From NCBI GenBank assembly GCA_051313645.2, contig JBNRSN020000018.1:80104001-80168000 (forward strand): a DNA stretch of 64,000 nucleotides, read 5' to 3'. The notes below the pieces were generated by a model. That model saw only the letters and a list, made by a program, of their open reading frames with translations. It was not told where the DNA came from and did no database searches. Positions 60,485 through 64,000 of this stretch are shown here, piece after piece. Both the position numbers and the translations under genes were made by a program. How positions within the stretch are numbered: position 1 is the first letter of the stretch; every line of letters starts with the position of its first letter. Source of the DNA: Centroscyllium fabricii. Its lineage: Eukaryota.

Positions 60485-63400
60485 CCCCGTCTCCAATACT
60501 GGGAAGGGGCCGGTGTATGGTGCCTGCAGCGGGCCTCTGTGAGCGTCCCGGCGCACGAAGACGAACTCCGTATGTCATAAGTCTCGAGGCACATAGGACG
60601 GCTGCGGGCCGTGTTGCGAAGTGGGCACTGGACGGAATTGCTGGGCCACGTCCTGGTGCAGGGAAAGCTGTCTGGCGGCCGACCATGGCTCCGTTGTCAG
60701 GGGGAGGAAGTCGCCTGGTACTCTGAGCAGCTGTCCGTAGACTATCTCGGCCGCGGAGGTGCGGAGATCCTCTTTGGGTGCGGTGCGCAATCCCAGGAGG
60801 ACCCAGGGTAGTTTGTCGATCCAGCTGGTGTCGGCCAGGCTGGCGCGGAGGGAAGCTTTCAAGGAACGATGAAAGTGCTTGCAGAGCCCATTGGCCTGCG
60901 AGTGGTAGGCTGTTGTCCTGTGCAACTTGGTGCCGAGGCCGGCGGTGATGGCATTCCACAAGTGGGAGGTGAACCGGGGGCCTCTGTCCGAGGATATGTC
61001 AGTTGGCATGCCGAACCGGGCCACCCATGTTGAGATGAATGCTCGCGCGACGTTGGTCGTGGTGGTGGAGGCGAGGGGAACCGCCTCGGGCCATCTGGTG
61101 GGGCGGTCGACGATCGTGAGCAGGTGTGTGAAACCGTGCGACGGCGGCAAGGGGCCTACCAGATCAACGTGGACATGGTCGAAACGCCTCTCAGGCACCG
61201 GGAAACACTCCAATGGCGCCTTGGTGTGCTGCTGGACCATAGCGCGCTGACACGCCACGCATGTGTTGGTTAAGTCTCTCACATCCTTGTGGAGTCCAGG
61301 CCAGGCGAACCTGGCGGACATGAGTTTCTGAGACGCTCGCATCCCTGGATGTGAGAGGCCGTGGATGATGTCGAAAACTCACTTGCGCCAGGCGGATGGG
61401 ACGACCGGCCTAGGCGAGGGGACTGAGACGTCGCACAGGAGGGTTGTGCCGGCTGCGTGGAAGTGGATGTCGGCCAGGGTGAGGTTGGTGGTTGACGTCC
61501 TGAGGGCCTGGATCTCCGCGTCGGTGGCCTTGTCTCTCGCCATGCTGGTGTAGTCGACGCCCAGGTGCACTGCGTGGAGCGAGGGTCTGTTGAAGTTGAG
61601 TTGGCGCTGTTGGCGCGCGAACCAGGGTTCGGTTACTTTGGCCATGGCGAAAGTGAGCGGCTTGTGGTCCACGAACACGGTGAACGGCCGGCCTTCCAGG
61701 AGGAAACGGAAGTGCCGGATTTACAGGAACAGGGCCGGGAGCTCTCTGTCGAACATGCTGTAGGCCTGCTCGTTCTTGCGTAGCTGTCGGCTGAAAAATG
61801 CAAGTGGCTGCCACACGCCTTCGACGCACTGTTGCTGGACGGCGCCAACGGCGTAATCCGAGGCATCCATGGTGAGGGCGGTCTTGGCGCCCGGGATGGG
61901 GTAGGCCAGTAGTGTGGCGTTGGCCAAGGCTCTTTTGGTCTGGCGGAAGGCCGTCGCCATCTCGCTGGACCAGGTGAGTTGCTCTTTGCCCGTTTTGCCA
62001 CTGGTGGCCTCATAGAGGGGGCGCATGAGGGAGGCGGCCTTGGGCATGAAACGGTGATAGAAATTGACCATCCCCAAAAGTTCCTGCAGCGCCTTGACCG
62101 AGGTGGGCTGGGGAAAGTCCGCCACCGCCTGCACTTGGAAGGTAGGGTAATGGCTCCCCTTGGCGAGATTCTATGGCCAAGAAAGTCAATTTGGGTCGCT
62201 CCGAACTGGCATTTGGCCGGGTTGATGATTAGCCCGTGTGTTGGCTGAGGTGCTGGAAAAGAGAGCGCAAATGCGCGATGTGCTCTGCCTCGCTGGTGCT
62301 GGCCACGAGGATATCGTCCAGATAGACGAACAGGAAGCTCAGGTCCCGTAGGATGGAGTCCATGAGCTGTTGGAAGGCCTGTGCGGCATTCCTGATCCCG
62401 AAGGGCATGCGCAGGAACTCGAACAGTCTTCTGGACGTCTGCGTGGTGGACGGGACCTGATGGTAGCCGTGAATCAGGTCAACCTTGGAGAAGACGGACT
62501 TTCCTGCTAGGTAGCCGAGAAGTCTTGGATGTGCGGAATGGGGTATCTATCGGGCGTGGTGGCATCGTTGAGCTGTCTGTAGTCGCCGCAGGGGCGCCAG
62601 ACACCACCCGGCTTGAGCACAATGTGGAGGGGGGATGACCAGGGGCTGTTCGAGCGGCGGATGATGCCCAGTTTCTCCATCGTGGCGAATTCTTCCTCGG
62701 CCACCGCCATCTTGGCTGGGTCCAGGCGTCTGGCTCGGGCGAAAACTGGTGGTCCCATGGTGGCGATGTGGTGCTCGACACCATGCTTGGCTGCTGCAGC
62801 TGAGAAGGTCGGTTGTGTGAGCCCCGGGAAATCTGCGAGTAGGCGGGCGTAGTCGTCATGCGCCAGGGCGGAGCAGGACCCGACGAGGGCCGGGCTGTTG
62901 CTCTGCTGGCAGGCCAGTGAAGTGAAAGTTGCTGCATCGATCAGGCGCCTGTCGCGGACGTCGACCAGGAGTCCGTGGGTGCAAAGAAAATTGGCGCCCA
63001 GCAAGGGATGTGCCACCGAGGCCATCACGAAATCCAACGTAAATCGCTGGCCGTTGAAACAAACCTTGGGCGGTCGCTTTCCGAAAGTGGCGATGGCTGC
63101 GCCATTTGCCGCCACGAGGGGTGGGACGCTGTGGCCTGCCTGGATGTCGAGCTGGGAGGCAGGAATTATGCTGCATTGGGCTCCGGTGTCGCAAAGGAAC
63201 CTGTGCCCTGAAAGGGAGTTGCTTATGTACAGCAGTTTACCTGCGGTGCCGATGGCCATTGTGGCGGCGGGGGTGCGGTCGAGTGGGCCTAGGTGGCAGC
63301 GCGGGGCTGGTGTATTGGGCCAGGCGGCCACCTTGGTTTGATCGAAAGAGCAGGGTGCTTTGCAGCGTTGGGCCTTGTGGCCGAAACGCACGTGGTAGTA

Positions 63401-64000
63401 GCATGGTTTTGCGGCCTGGCGTGGCAGCGCGCGCTCGGTGGGGTTGGGGAGCCTCACAGCTGCACAGCTGAGTTGGGCAACGGTGAAGACTTTGTCCGCG
63501 GCGGCTGCCAGTTGTACGCAGTCCGTGATCGGGGACCCCGCGAGGGCAGTCTGTACCTGCTGAGGAAGCAGGCTGAGGAAAAGGGCCCGAAACAAGAAAC
63601 ACTGCGGTTCAGAGCCCAGAAGCGCAAGCCTCCGGTTCATCAACTGGGTCGGGGTGGAGTCGCCGAGGCCTGGTAGTGAGAGAAGCCTGTGGGCACTCTC
63701 CTCCCTGGACAAGCCGTAAGCCTGCAGCAAGCAGCCCTTAATGGTTGAGTACTTGCCGGTCTGTGGTGGGTTCCCCAGCAGGTTGAGAATTTCGGCGGCG
63801 GTGGAGCTTGCTAGTGCTGAGACTACGTGGAGGTACCTTTCTTCATCGTCTTGAACACTGCGAACGGTGAATTGGGCCTCCGTGTGCACGAACCAAGCTG
63901 GTGCTTGGTGTTCCCAGAAGGTGGGGAGCTTCAAGGACGCGGCGCCGGCTGACATCGGGCTGCTGCTGGTTGCCATCGGGTCGTTGCTGGCCTCTGTAGG

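Larger units (their letters stand above)
55265..64000 (-). mobile_element. Gypsy LTR retrotransposon, CsRn1-like (element D), defective; 5' LTR lies beyond the window
   Basis: gag LKLPTFW...WF..EAQF with CHCC box CYYH..FG..A.RC..PC; FLCDTGA; RT YLDD at 62313-62324; integrase HVDLVGPLP...SDRG; 3' LTR ~55265-55573 preceded by a G-rich PPT; many frameshifts. Confidence 0.9.

Overview
Vertebrate genomic DNA, almost certainly an elasmobranch (shark): it carries HE1/V-SINE-type and Deu-type SINEs, CR1, L2, Rex1 and Penelope elements. The only host gene I can support is coding exon 1 of PRKAR2B (minus strand, 24302-24029). Positions 1-24028 are presumably its intron 1 and 24.3-64 kb its upstream intergenic DNA. 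Most other recognisable sequence is transposon-derived and often nested. Most notable: (1) Mag-like Gypsy elements of two families with no tRNA primer site; instead a 12-13 nt sequence just after the 5' LTR pairs with the LTR's own poly(A)-signal segment, and the RT motif is YLDN, not YxDD; one copy is intact with identical LTRs. (2) A single-ORF LINE family linked to a tRNA-type A/B-box head, with no AUG before its endonuclease and no TTTT over ~3 kb, a candidate Pol III-transcribed autonomous LINE. (3) A decayed retrovirus-like element with an F-protein-like envelope. (4) Penelope pLTR hammerhead ribozymes. All coordinates and counts were read by eye; no database searches were run.
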